From assembly GCA_027371725.1 (NCBI GenBank), contig DAHXMN010000001.1, positions 400 through 64,399 on the forward strand: a stretch of DNA of 64,000 bases, in the 5' to 3' direction. The stretch comes from Candidatus Woesearchaeota archaeon. GTDB taxonomy: Archaea; Nanobdellota; Nanobdellia; Woesearchaeales; UBA525. A program made the translations under genes and the position numbers. Positions within the stretch are counted from its first letter, which is position 1; every line of letters starts with the position of its first letter. Below, one piece after another: positions 18,839 to 27,745 of the stretch. The notes beneath the pieces are model-generated. The model saw nothing but the letters and a program-made list of their open reading frames with translations, was not told the DNA's origin and made no database searches.

Positions 18839-20533
18839 TCATCTTGTGAGCTTAGCTATGAGATTCACAGAATATAATGCCAGAAGATGACGCAAGGGAA
18901 CGCCCCCTCGGGGAGGTTCTCCGCGATCAAACTGTATGTGATTGCCAAGGGGCAATATCACTGCTCCATATTTTTGTTCGGGGAAGTGTTTGTCGACTAG
19001 AGATTTGACCTTCGACAATGCTTCTCTCGGCGTGAAGTGTTGAGAATCTGGCTTAACCAAACAATATTGTTCCTGAAATTTCATCGCTGTAGGTATTCGT
19101 CCTGAGAATGTCCTCTCTACTTGCACCATAAATTCGTTCAGTTTTTCTTCATCCACATCCTTCAGGACTGCCTTGATTTGACTCTGAGTAGGAAGCGCTT
19201 TTTTCATACTGTCTTTTCCTGTTGCATGATGTATGCTCGCTTCCCATCTTATCTTCTTGTTCTGTTTATTCAGTGAGTTAGTGAGCTCGACTCTATAGTT
19301 CCCTTGCTTCAAGTCGGGTACAATCTCTGCAAATGTTGAGTAGATATCACGATTTCGTGATTTCTTAAGAGATGGCTGCTTTTCTCTGAGATTCGCAATT
19401 AGTTTCTCTTTCTCGGGCCGGTGTATAAATGCCTCTGAAGGTGTTCGTTTTTTATGCTCGATAAGTATTGCTCTGGCAAAAGCAGCCGACATCTTTGGGC
19501 ACACCGCATTTCCGACTAGCCGATACTTAGTCGATTCATTGCTTCCTTGAAAGAGATATGTGAGAGGAAACGACATTAAAGCGGCAACTTCTCGAATAGT
19601 TGGCGATCGATATATTTCTGGATGACCATTACGAAGAATCATTGATTCTCTCGACACTACCGATTTGGTCGCCATTACAGTCCTACTCGGTTTTGATTCG
19701 TCTTCTGGGAAGCTCATCCGACCATAGTATCTTGCTTGAAGCTTCTTGTTTCTTGCGTCTTCCCACTCGAAACGAGGTATCGTGGTGTCATAGAAATGAT
19801 CTGTAATCTGGATATTGGAGATAAGGATGCCGTAATTTGGATCTTTAATCTGCGACGCGGTTGAACGTAGGGCATCGAGCACATGTCCAAGAGTGACCCA
19901 GTCCTCTTGCGTCGGAGTCGTCGGGGTTGGTTTGATGAACTGACCACAAATGAATCGCTCTCTTCGTTGAGGAACTCCGAAGTGAACTGCGTTATGGACA
20001 TTCTCAAGAGATTTATCGATTCTCAAAGCAACGTCATTCTCGCTAAAATCAATTTTTAGGGCGCGAAGAGTCTTGTTGTCCAGCCCTAGCATCTTGAATG
20101 TGTACTCATCTTTGACATAATTGCGAGAATTTGGCACGTTCTCCATCAACCAATACTTCAATCGAGAGCCTTTCTTGTGCTTCTTAAGAGCGACAATCTG
20201 CAGATACTTCTCTATTAGTTGTATGCCAATCGTTTTGTTGGCGTTGCCTGCACGGTTTGATCCTGAAAATGCTACGCAAGGAGGACTGCCGACTATGACA
20301 TCAACATCGGGAATCATATCATGGGCGATGATTTGTTCAGGACTAAGTTCGAGTACGTCTGTGAGAAGTGTTTGCGCTCCCGGATGATTAAGCTTGAATG
20401 TATTTATGGCTGGTTTCCAATAATCCAGACCAAACTTCACTTCGAAGCCCATCTGTCTGAATCCCTCTGAGAAACCGCCCGCCCCGCAGAAGAAGTCGGC
20501 AACCGTCAGTTTATCTTCGGTCCTTTGCACCAT
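18839..20533 (-). CDS. DNA (cytosine-5)-methyltransferase with a roughly 200-aa C-terminal extension
   Basis: Motif I FCGAGGFSEGF, motif IV GSPPCVAFSGSN and motif VI LMENVPN. Confidence 0.85.
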   Translation of the reverse strand: MVQRTEDKLTVADFFCGAGGFSEGFRQMGFEVKFGLDYWKPAINTFKLNHPGAQTLLTDVLELSPEQIIAHDMIPDVDVIVGSPPCVAFSGSNRAGNANKTIGIQLIEKYLQIVALKKHKKGSRLKYWLMENVPNSRNYVKDEYTFKMLGLDNKTLRALKIDFSENDVALRIDKSLENVHNAVHFGVPQRRERFICGQFIKPTPTTPTQEDWVTLGHVLDALRSTASQIKDPNYGILISNIQITDHFYDTTIPRFEWEDARNKKLQARYYGRMSFPEDESKPSRTVMATKSVVSRESMILRNGHPEIYRSPTIREVAALMSFPLTYLFQGSNESTKYRLVGNAVCPKMSAAFARAILIEHKKRTPSEAFIHRPEKEKLIANLREKQPSLKKSRNRDIYSTFAEIVPDLKQGNYRVELTNSLNKQNKKIRWEASIHHATGKDSMKKALPTQSQIKAVLKDVDEEKLNEFMVQVERTFSGRIPTAMKFQEQYCLVKPDSQHFTPREALSKVKSLVDKHFPEQKYGAVILPLGNHIQFDRGEPPRGGVPLRHLLALYSVNLIAKLTR

Positions 20534-20651
20534 TCTGATCCACTAATTCTTAAACGATCTCCTAATCCCTTTATTTAAATGTTGTCACAGTCGATTCATT
20601 TTTAAAGATGCTGAGAATCAGAAGCCGCATCTGACGCAAGTGTTTGGACGC

Positions 20652-21563
20652 TTATTTCCAGTGCTTTTTGATATAGGCTGTTGCTTCTTTCGTGTTAAGT
20701 TGCTGAGTGGAATTGCCCGTACGTATGAAGAAGTGGGTGGTATCTTTGTTCTCGACATACACTGGTTCGGACGCTTTTTTGACTTGTACTGATGCGACTT
20801 TCTTCCCGTCATAATCTTCAAATGATGTCGAGATAAGCTGTGCATGCTCTTTACCAATATAGTTGCTGACGATTTCCCCTATTTTTAGCTGGAAACCATC
20901 CTCGTTCTGCTTTTTCAAGAGAGAGATGTCCTTTTCCAGTCCCAAGATATTCTTGTCATCATCTATCCCGATTATTAGTCTTCCACCGTCAGCATTCATG
21001 AACCCGGCGATGGTCTTCGCAATGGAGACAATCAAATCCTTGTTCGGTTTGTTTTGTTTATAGTCCCATTCTATAGACGATTTGAATTCGACTGTCTCAT
21101 CCTCGCGTAATGCTTCGAGGCCGGTTTTCTTCTCTCGAATCATTTCTCCTGCGAGTTTTGATGCTTCATTCATCTTTTGTTCCAGAAGAAGCATGAAATT
21201 CTCAGATGTTCTGTACTCCTCGATGAGTAGCTGTAACTCACTCAGGCCAGCTATGGAGTATTCCTCCGCAATCTTCTTGACCTCATTCATGTCCTTAAGG
21301 ATGAGCATATCGCCCGTCTCAGCGACCGCAATTGAGGTAATTAACCAGAGATCCGCGTCAGAAAAACTGTCTGTATTCAGCAAAGGATAGCGTTTGATTT
21401 CTTTTCGTTTCAGTCTCTTCACAAATGCAAGAGACATGCAAAGCATGAAAATGTGCTTTGCTTTCATATTCTGGAAGATGAATCCTTGCTCAAGGTCGTC
21501 GTATATCTTACGAGCGTCCCTGGTTATGTTCAGGTTCCTTCCAAAAAGTTCTCTTAGTTCCAA
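20652..21563 (-). CDS. AlbA_2 (Schlafen-like) domain protein with a DndE-like N-terminal region
   Basis: The C-terminal half (...ADGGRLIIGIDDDKN...FFIRTGNSTQ) is an AlbA_2 core. The N-terminal half (ITRDARKIYDDL...HIFMLCMSL) resembles, from memory, the DndE pattern (TGLxPNLLCRIGFCxSL). Overlaps the SMC-like gene. Confidence 0.5.
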   Translation of the reverse strand: MELRELFGRNLNITRDARKIYDDLEQGFIFQNMKAKHIFMLCMSLAFVKRLKRKEIKRYPLLNTDSFSDADLWLITSIAVAETGDMLILKDMNEVKKIAEEYSIAGLSELQLLIEEYRTSENFMLLLEQKMNEASKLAGEMIREKKTGLEALREDETVEFKSSIEWDYKQNKPNKDLIVSIAKTIAGFMNADGGRLIIGIDDDKNILGLEKDISLLKKQNEDGFQLKIGEIVSNYIGKEHAQLISTSFEDYDGKKVASVQVKKASEPVYVENKDTTHFFIRTGNSTQQLNTKEATAYIKKHWK

Positions 21564-23545
21564 CTCCGCACCTCAGTCACACCATGGCTCATCACGAAAC
21601 GAGATTCCTGAGCTATACGCTTAGAAAGCAAGTCTCTGATTGTGGCAGTATATTCCTGATCCTTCATCAGAAGGACAACCTGTGTTCCTTTGAGATAGTC
21701 TGGCAACTTCCGCGCCACATTCTCTCTTTGTTCATTATCTATGTTTGCTAGGGGCGTGTCGATGAATACTGGGAACTTGAATCCGGAGACCTCGCTCAAA
21801 GCAGCAATGAATGACAACAATAGGAGCTGTTTCGGACCACTTGCGAGATTGTGCATCCAGTTTGTTCCTTTGCCGTCGGTAAGTCTGAGGTCATAATCAT
21901 GATTGATTGTGAACTCAGTATATTTCTCTTTGTCCCAATGGAGTGTTTTGAAGTATTCCCATGTCTTCTCTTGCACTTGTTCTCTGACTTCCTGTAGAAT
22001 CTCTACCTCAATTTTATTCAGTGCATTTGATGCGCGATCAATAAACTCAGCGGTGACCTTCTTTCTTTCTCCGCCTTTCTTCTTCACACCTTCTTGATTG
22101 AGACTTTGTCGTAGTTGACTCAGTTGTCCAGTTCGTAGATTTATGGCGGCAGTCAATCTCGAGACGGAAGCTATTTGAGACTCTCTGTTTGTCATAAGAG
22201 ACTCGCGTTGATTTGTCTGTTGAATTATGTCGTCTTCTTTAGTGTCCTTAAGATTCTTTGATATTTCTTGAAGATCTTTATCGTGCTTTTTATTAAGTTC
22301 CACTAGTTTTTCGAGTTTCTTGTTCAGAGTGGCTATCTCGTTGAGTGATTGAGGGATTTCGCGCTCTAGAATATCGGTGATTCTGAATTTACCTTCTGAA
22401 AGCGTGGCCTTGAATTCATTGAAATTATTCTCTCTAATCTTTTCTTTTAAGAGAGTCACACATTCTTGGTCGTGAGTAGTGTTGAGCGTCCTCCCGCAGA
22501 CGCATTTCTTTTGTCGCAACAGTTCTTCAAGATATTTGTTGTCGATATTTGGCTGGAACTTATCCCTCTCTAATTCAGCATTTATTAGATTGATAAAGTT
22601 CTGCAACGCACCAGATGCGATGGCCAGAGGAGCGGATGATATGGCAATCGTTCTCAACTGTTTCTTGATTTGATCTATTTCTTGGTTATTGGAAGCAATC
22701 TTTTCACGGATATCGCGTTCTTGTCTCGCCCATTCTCGTATGAGTGGGATGTTATAGTCAGAGAGGAACTTCTCGATTCTGTCAATCTCCTCCTTTGCTT
22801 TGGCGATTTCTCCTTTTCGAGTTTCAATAGCTTCCGTATTTCTCGCTATATACTCCTCCGCCTCTTCAATCTCATGGTTCAATTTCGCCATTCCTGCATC
22901 GTATTCGTCGTCTTTATCGGAGGTCCATATCTGATCTCGGACTTTCTGGAGATGCTCTATCGCCAGCTTGACCTGTTTGATTTGAGAGGTTCTTTCGATT
23001 GCTTGGCGGATGTTCTCGTTGTTATTGAATGAGAAGTGCTTTTCGAGCTTCTCACCTTCAAACATGAAAAAGAGGTGGATTTCCCTCGGCAATATGCTGT
23101 TTATTACATTAGTAAAATTATACTCGGGAACGGGTCTACAGTCGTTCTTTTCCCATTCCATTATTGAGCCGGTCGGCTCTTTTAAGATGTGCATCTTGTT
23201 ATTGAGCTTCTGGTACATTGCATCCCGTTTAATCACATAAATGGGCAAATCCGTTTCATCGTCGTTCAAGGTGATTTCAACATAGACGCTATCAATCTCC
23301 TTCTCCTTCATATCGTGTTGTCTGGCGACAGTAAATGCGGGCAAAGTGTGGTCATGACCTGAACTGGTCTCCTCACCATACAAACACCAAGCAATAGCTG
23401 AGAGGAAAGTGGTCTTACCAACGTCAGATTTAGCTTCAATCACAGAAAACTTGTTTTTTGCCTCTTTCTTGAACGTTACAACTATTGGCTTCTCCGGATT
23501 GCTGAACGGACGGAAGTTCTTGAGTTTGATTTCAGAGATCCACAT
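21554..23545 (-). CDS. DndD/SbcC/SMC-like coiled-coil ATPase
   Basis: 663 aa. N-terminal Walker A KSDVGKTTFLSAIAWCLYGE, a long coiled-coil middle, and a C-terminal ABC-type signature/Walker B region ...FPVFIDTPLANID. Confidence 0.7.
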   Translation of the reverse strand: MWISEIKLKNFRPFSNPEKPIVVTFKKEAKNKFSVIEAKSDVGKTTFLSAIAWCLYGEETSSGHDHTLPAFTVARQHDMKEKEIDSVYVEITLNDDETDLPIYVIKRDAMYQKLNNKMHILKEPTGSIMEWEKNDCRPVPEYNFTNVINSILPREIHLFFMFEGEKLEKHFSFNNNENIRQAIERTSQIKQVKLAIEHLQKVRDQIWTSDKDDEYDAGMAKLNHEIEEAEEYIARNTEAIETRKGEIAKAKEEIDRIEKFLSDYNIPLIREWARQERDIREKIASNNQEIDQIKKQLRTIAISSAPLAIASGALQNFINLINAELERDKFQPNIDNKYLEELLRQKKCVCGRTLNTTHDQECVTLLKEKIRENNFNEFKATLSEGKFRITDILEREIPQSLNEIATLNKKLEKLVELNKKHDKDLQEISKNLKDTKEDDIIQQTNQRESLMTNRESQIASVSRLTAAINLRTGQLSQLRQSLNQEGVKKKGGERKKVTAEFIDRASNALNKIEVEILQEVREQVQEKTWEYFKTLHWDKEKYTEFTINHDYDLRLTDGKGTNWMHNLASGPKQLLLLSFIAALSEVSGFKFPVFIDTPLANIDNEQRENVARKLPDYLKGTQVVLLMKDQEYTATIRDLLSKRIAQESRFVMSHGVTEVRSWN

Positions 23546-23732
23546 CTTTGTGCTCCTTCTGGCTGTATCCGTCCGCCCACTGTTTGTAGGAGTCGGTGTA
23601 TCTTCCTTTGGCCGCCGAGAGGTTCTTTAATTCATTCTCAAGAACATCGAGCAGAAACGATTTCAAATGCTCGCTTTCGTCTAATTCGGAGATTTTCCTT
23701 GTGATTATCTTATTCAGTTCTGATCGTCTCAT
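23532..23732 (-). CDS. small helical protein (66 aa) embedded in the operon
   Basis: Its start overlaps the helicase stop (ATGA at 23729-23732) and its 3' end overlaps the SMC start. Confidence 0.45.
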   Translation of the reverse strand: MRRSELNKIITRKISELDESEHLKSFLLDVLENELKNLSAAKGRYTDSYKQWADGYSQKEHKDVDL

Positions 23733-25873
23733 TGTGGTACGCTCAACAGGGCTTGATATTTAGTCAGATTATTCTTTACGGTCAAGGGGTTCCTTGCTGA
23801 CTGCAGGAACTCGTCAACCCTCAATAACTCCCGCCTTAACGCTGAACGCTCTGACTCCGATATTTTTAAAGGTATTCTTTCCCAAGGGAAAACCAAGACG
23901 TCATGTATAATCGAGAACTCTTTTCCCGGCGAGCGTCTCAGTATTCTCCCTCTTCTTTGAATAAACTCTACCGGATTCCCGCTACTCGCCAAAATAATTG
24001 CTCTTTCAATTCCTGGGACGTCGATACCTTCATCTAGGACCTTCATAGCAATCACTGCTTGATATTTGTCCTCCTGGAACAACCTTATGATTTCTTGCCT
24101 ATATTCAAGGCTTTCTTCATGAGTTATCTGATGAGCCCTAATTTTCTTGTCGTGCAGTATCTCCTTGACCCGTTCTATCTGTTTATCGGAACAATAGATT
24201 AGTGTTCGTTTAATATCTGGTATTGAAGAAAGGATTTTCTCAAAAGCAGCCCATTTTGCCTCAGCATTAACGAGTATTCTTGACCGCTCAAGAATCATCA
24301 TGAATATTTTATCGTCGACTTTTCCCTTGTTGGCGTGTATTGCTCGTGCTATCCGAGTTGAAAGCGACTCATATTTTTCTCTTTCTTCATCAGTCAATAT
24401 AGCAATTTCCGCATAATATTCGTATTCGGTCAGAAACTCAGGTATGGCCTGTTTCATGCTGAATTCAAAACATATCCCTTCAAAGTAGTCGAGTAGTTCC
24501 TGTGTCCCTTCGGGGTCCATGTATATCTCTGGTGTGGCGCTCAGACCAAGACGACCGATAAACTCCGGAAGCATCCCTTTCCTTGTCTCAGGTGCCCACG
24601 CGTGATGTACTTCGTCGCAGACCAATAGCTTGGTCTCTTCAGTTTTATTCACGAAATCTATTAAATCCTTCGAACAGAATGAATCATATGTTGCTACAGC
24701 AAAAAGATTCTCGGCTCTTCCTAGACGAAGCTTCAGAATCCCCGTCTTCAAGTCGGCAGCCCACACGGATTTGTTCTGCATGACTGGAATTATGTTTTTG
24801 AAACCTTCCGCCTCTAGGTTTTCTATCCATTGGGAGACGAGTAGCTGTGTTGGTGCAACAATCACTACCAACGACTTAGGATATCTTTTCAGGAAGGCGT
24901 CTATGGCGCGTAGAGCAGTGAATGTCTTTCCCGTTCCAGTCGCCATCTTCAATATGCCCTTAAAATTCTTCGACCAGTTCCTGATGGCCTCTTCTTGGTA
25001 CTCCCTGAGCTCCCTTCTCGAAGGTTCTTTCTGCTCCCGTCTAAATGAGTATCTCCCTTTGTACTCGTCCTTGGCTCTCCTCAGACAGTATTCTGAGAGC
25101 GTGTTGAATTCTTCTTCGGTCTTCGGTGATCGCTGTATTAGTTGTTTTTTGAAAGCATCACTAATCGGATAAACGCGCATATTCCCTGTCAAGTCATTCC
25201 AGAGCTCTTCGAAGTCCTCAAGATCGTGTTTTAGGTGTCGCTCTTTGTCGGATTCCACCCACCCTAGGTAGACGTGGAATTTTTCGTGGTTAAATAACCA
25301 TCCAGATGCGGTCTCGTTATCTGACCCGAAAAACTCAATCATGTTTCCGGAGGAATCTTCAAGAATGCCATATTTCTGGTGTTCTATTCCTTTGTTGCCA
25401 CCAGGAACTGCTATGCGAATTTCCAGACGACCACTTCTTACCATCCATCCAAGCATCTTTAGATGATCTTTCTTTAATTCATCTTCGCTGCAATCAATTT
25501 CGGTGATGATGCTCTTTTCAGCTTCACTGATTGCTCTTGCTATTGTCTCCGCGTCGACTTCACTCAGCTTCACACTCGTAATCAGTTGCATACGACCGCC
25601 ATTCTTGATGAACTCAGCCATCCCTTTTGCTGCTACGGCCAGAGAGCTAGAAGAGAAGAACCCTGAGACGCGCTTGTAGGTTACTGCCCGGGACAAAGCA
25701 GGAATATAGAATGAGTCCAGAACGTCTTCTTTCGCAGAGTCATAGACTCCTTTGCTTTCCAAGCCTAAATCCCTGAGGCTCATGCTCGAGCTAATTGATT
25801 CGCTTTTAAAAAGGTATCTCGATAAATTCCAGTTTACGCACACGTTCAACAGCAAAATGGGCGTATTTTGCAT
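23729..25873 (-). CDS. fusion of a phospholipase-D (HKD) nuclease domain and an SF2 helicase (ResIII/DEAH-like)
   Basis: HKD motif HQKYGILED. Helicase motif I ATGTGKTF, motif II LLVCDEVHHAW, motif III SATP and motif VI QRRGRILRR. Confidence 0.75.
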   Translation of the reverse strand: MQNTPILLLNVCVNWNLSRYLFKSESISSSMSLRDLGLESKGVYDSAKEDVLDSFYIPALSRAVTYKRVSGFFSSSSLAVAAKGMAEFIKNGGRMQLITSVKLSEVDAETIARAISEAEKSIITEIDCSEDELKKDHLKMLGWMVRSGRLEIRIAVPGGNKGIEHQKYGILEDSSGNMIEFFGSDNETASGWLFNHEKFHVYLGWVESDKERHLKHDLEDFEELWNDLTGNMRVYPISDAFKKQLIQRSPKTEEEFNTLSEYCLRRAKDEYKGRYSFRREQKEPSRRELREYQEEAIRNWSKNFKGILKMATGTGKTFTALRAIDAFLKRYPKSLVVIVAPTQLLVSQWIENLEAEGFKNIIPVMQNKSVWAADLKTGILKLRLGRAENLFAVATYDSFCSKDLIDFVNKTEETKLLVCDEVHHAWAPETRKGMLPEFIGRLGLSATPEIYMDPEGTQELLDYFEGICFEFSMKQAIPEFLTEYEYYAEIAILTDEEREKYESLSTRIARAIHANKGKVDDKIFMMILERSRILVNAEAKWAAFEKILSSIPDIKRTLIYCSDKQIERVKEILHDKKIRAHQITHEESLEYRQEIIRLFQEDKYQAVIAMKVLDEGIDVPGIERAIILASSGNPVEFIQRRGRILRRSPGKEFSIIHDVLVFPWERIPLKISESERSALRRELLRVDEFLQSARNPLTVKNNLTKYQALLSVPQ

Positions 25874-26540
25874 CGAGTTCGCAACCGAGGAATTGTCTGC
25901 CTGTCTGGCGTGCCGCTACGGCTGTGCTGCCGACCCCCATGAATGGGTCTAAAACCACATCTCCGGGCTTGCTAGAGGCCTCTATGAGGCGTTTAAGCAC
26001 CGCCAGGGGTTTCTGAGTGGGGTGAACTGAGCCGCCTTCTGGGCTGCGGAGTCGTTCTGCCCCGGTCAGGATTGGGGTGATGAAGAGGTTCTTCATGGCC
26101 CCTTGGCTGGGGAAGTTGAAGGTAATCTTGTTGAGCTTGACCTTCTCGTTGACGGCGTAGACGATGTATTCGTTGGCGAAGACCCAGTTGGTCTTGCTCA
26201 GGCGGGGTGGCGGGTTGGTCTTGCTCCAAACGAGGAGGTTGCGGAAGAACCAGGCCTCCTGGAAGATGCGCATGTAGATGGGGATTTGTTCGGTGCTGCA
26301 GAACACGTAGATCTGCCCGGTCGGCTTCAGGACGCGCTTGAGCTCCTTCATGACCGGGACGGGGTCGAAGCCATAGTCCCAGTCGCCGAAGTCCTTCCGG
26401 ATATGCCGTCCATCGTAGACGAGGTTTTGTTTTCTGGAGATGTTGTAGGGTGGGTCGGTCACGACGAGATCGACGCTGTTGTCAGGCAGTTCTTTGAGAT
26501 ATTCGAGGCAATCCATGCAGGCGATGGTGTTCAGTTTCAT
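25806..26540 (-). CDS. beta-class DNA methyltransferase (N6-adenine or N4-cytosine; DPPY type)
   Basis: DLVVTDPPYNI near the N-terminus. Its 3' end overlaps the helicase start. Confidence 0.8.
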   Translation of the reverse strand: MKLNTIACMDCLEYLKELPDNSVDLVVTDPPYNISRKQNLVYDGRHIRKDFGDWDYGFDPVPVMKELKRVLKPTGQIYVFCSTEQIPIYMRIFQEAWFFRNLLVWSKTNPPPRLSKTNWVFANEYIVYAVNEKVKLNKITFNFPSQGAMKNLFITPILTGAERLRSPEGGSVHPTQKPLAVLKRLIEASSKPGDVVLDPFMGVGSTAVAARQTGRQFLGCELDAKYAHFAVERVRKLEFIEIPF

Positions 26541-26604
26541 GCCCTGTAACGGGTTGCACTTTCAGAAATTCGGGACTCGGAAAATGTACATCAAAAAAGA
26601 AGTT

Positions 26605-26736
26605 TTAGTCACGGCCCTCATTAGCACCATCTTCGAACCCGTCCTGGTAGAGCTTGTTTAGGACGGTGTCGAGCTCTTCCTTCGTCTTGGCCGTCTTGAC
26701 CGCTTTCCGATACCCCTGTAAGTACTTGTCCGCCAT
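26605..26736 (-). CDS. tiny conserved ORF (43 aa), copy 1
   Basis: MADKYLQGYRKAVKTAKTKEELDTVLNKLYQDGFEDGANEGRD. A 41/43-identical paralogue is at 33222..33353. Confidence 0.45.
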   Translation of the reverse strand: MADKYLQGYRKAVKTAKTKEELDTVLNKLYQDGFEDGANEGRD

Positions 26737-26748
26737 GTCATTCACCCC

Positions 26749-26877
26749 CTATTCTCGCAATAGATCGTCGAAATCGACGTAGTCATGCGGGTTCTCCACG
26801 TTCCGGAACTGGCGCAGCCGATCATCCCGGAAGAACCGCTTCCCTTTCATTTCCACTATTGGTAGTTGGGTTACCAT
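26749..26877 (-). CDS. tiny conserved ORF (42 aa), copy 1
   Basis: MVTQLPIVEMKGKRFFRDDRLRQFRNVENPHDYVDFDDLLRE. A paralogue with one substitution is at 33367..33495. Confidence 0.45.
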   Translation of the reverse strand: MVTQLPIVEMKGKRFFRDDRLRQFRNVENPHDYVDFDDLLRE

Positions 26878-27424
26878 AGGTTATCGCCTCCTTAGAAAGC
26901 CCGAGCCTGAACGAGGCGATTATTCTGTCTCGGAGAATGTATGACATCTGAAGCCACTGGTCAACCGCGCGCAGCGCATTTAAGCCGATCTCACCTTCTT
27001 CGTGAGTGGCGCTTCACATCCTCAAGGGCAACGGGAGGGCGCTCGATCACGACGTCGTCCGGTTCGCGTTAGCGTACACGCCATGCCTCCTCGTAGATTG
27101 TGCAGACGCGGCCGACCCATACCAACACCCAGACACAGATGTTGCGACGTTCCTTGCAGTTCATGTGGTTCAGGCGGAACTCCTGTACCGGCTCCGAGAC
27201 ATCCTCCGCGCCCTGCCGCAGACCGTGCGGCGGCTCGGCGTCAAACGTGTCGTCATCACGCAATTCACGCGCCTTTTCCATTATCACGATGAGGCGGAGA
27301 ACGCGGATATTTACGAGGAAGTGTGGCGGCGGATCGGCGAAGCTGCAAAGGAGCTCGACGTCGTTGTCGGCGTTCCGGAGGGATCAGTCCATGAGGCGTA
27401 TGCGGAACGCCTCGGAGGGTTAAG

Positions 27425-27745
27425 ATGGGACACACGGTCAGCAGCCAACGACACGTCACCGACGTCCTCCTCGAAGAGTTCAAGGCCTATGGGAGCAGCT
27501 TGCGACAGGATGAGCGCGTCATGTATGAGCGTCTTGTCAAGCAGGCGTTGAAACACGTGGGGAGCGTCACGTACACGAGCAGCACCGAAGCATGGGCGTT
27601 CGTCCTCCTCAGCATGATGCTCGAACAAGAAAAACGGATTAGCGCCTTGGAGGGACAGAATGAAAGCGTGGTTCATGGACGCGTACCGACACCAGAGCAA
27701 CCTCATCCTCTGGTTCAAGACGCCGGACGAGAACATACGACTTGA
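27425..27745 (+). CDS. hypothetical helical protein (106 aa); may be frameshift-fused to the upstream ORF 27006..27551
   Basis: Plausible K/E-rich sequence. Overlaps the PolB start. Confidence 0.35.
   Translation: MGHTVSSQRHVTDVLLEEFKAYGSSLRQDERVMYERLVKQALKHVGSVTYTSSTEAWAFVLLSMMLEQEKRISALEGQNESVVHGRVPTPEQPHPLVQDAGREHTT

Larger units (their letters stand above)
26445..26950. repeat. about 0.5-kb duplicated module, copy 1 (MTase 5' end, promoter region and two tiny ORFs)
   Basis: About 90+% identical to 33045..33570 by eye. Confidence 0.7.
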
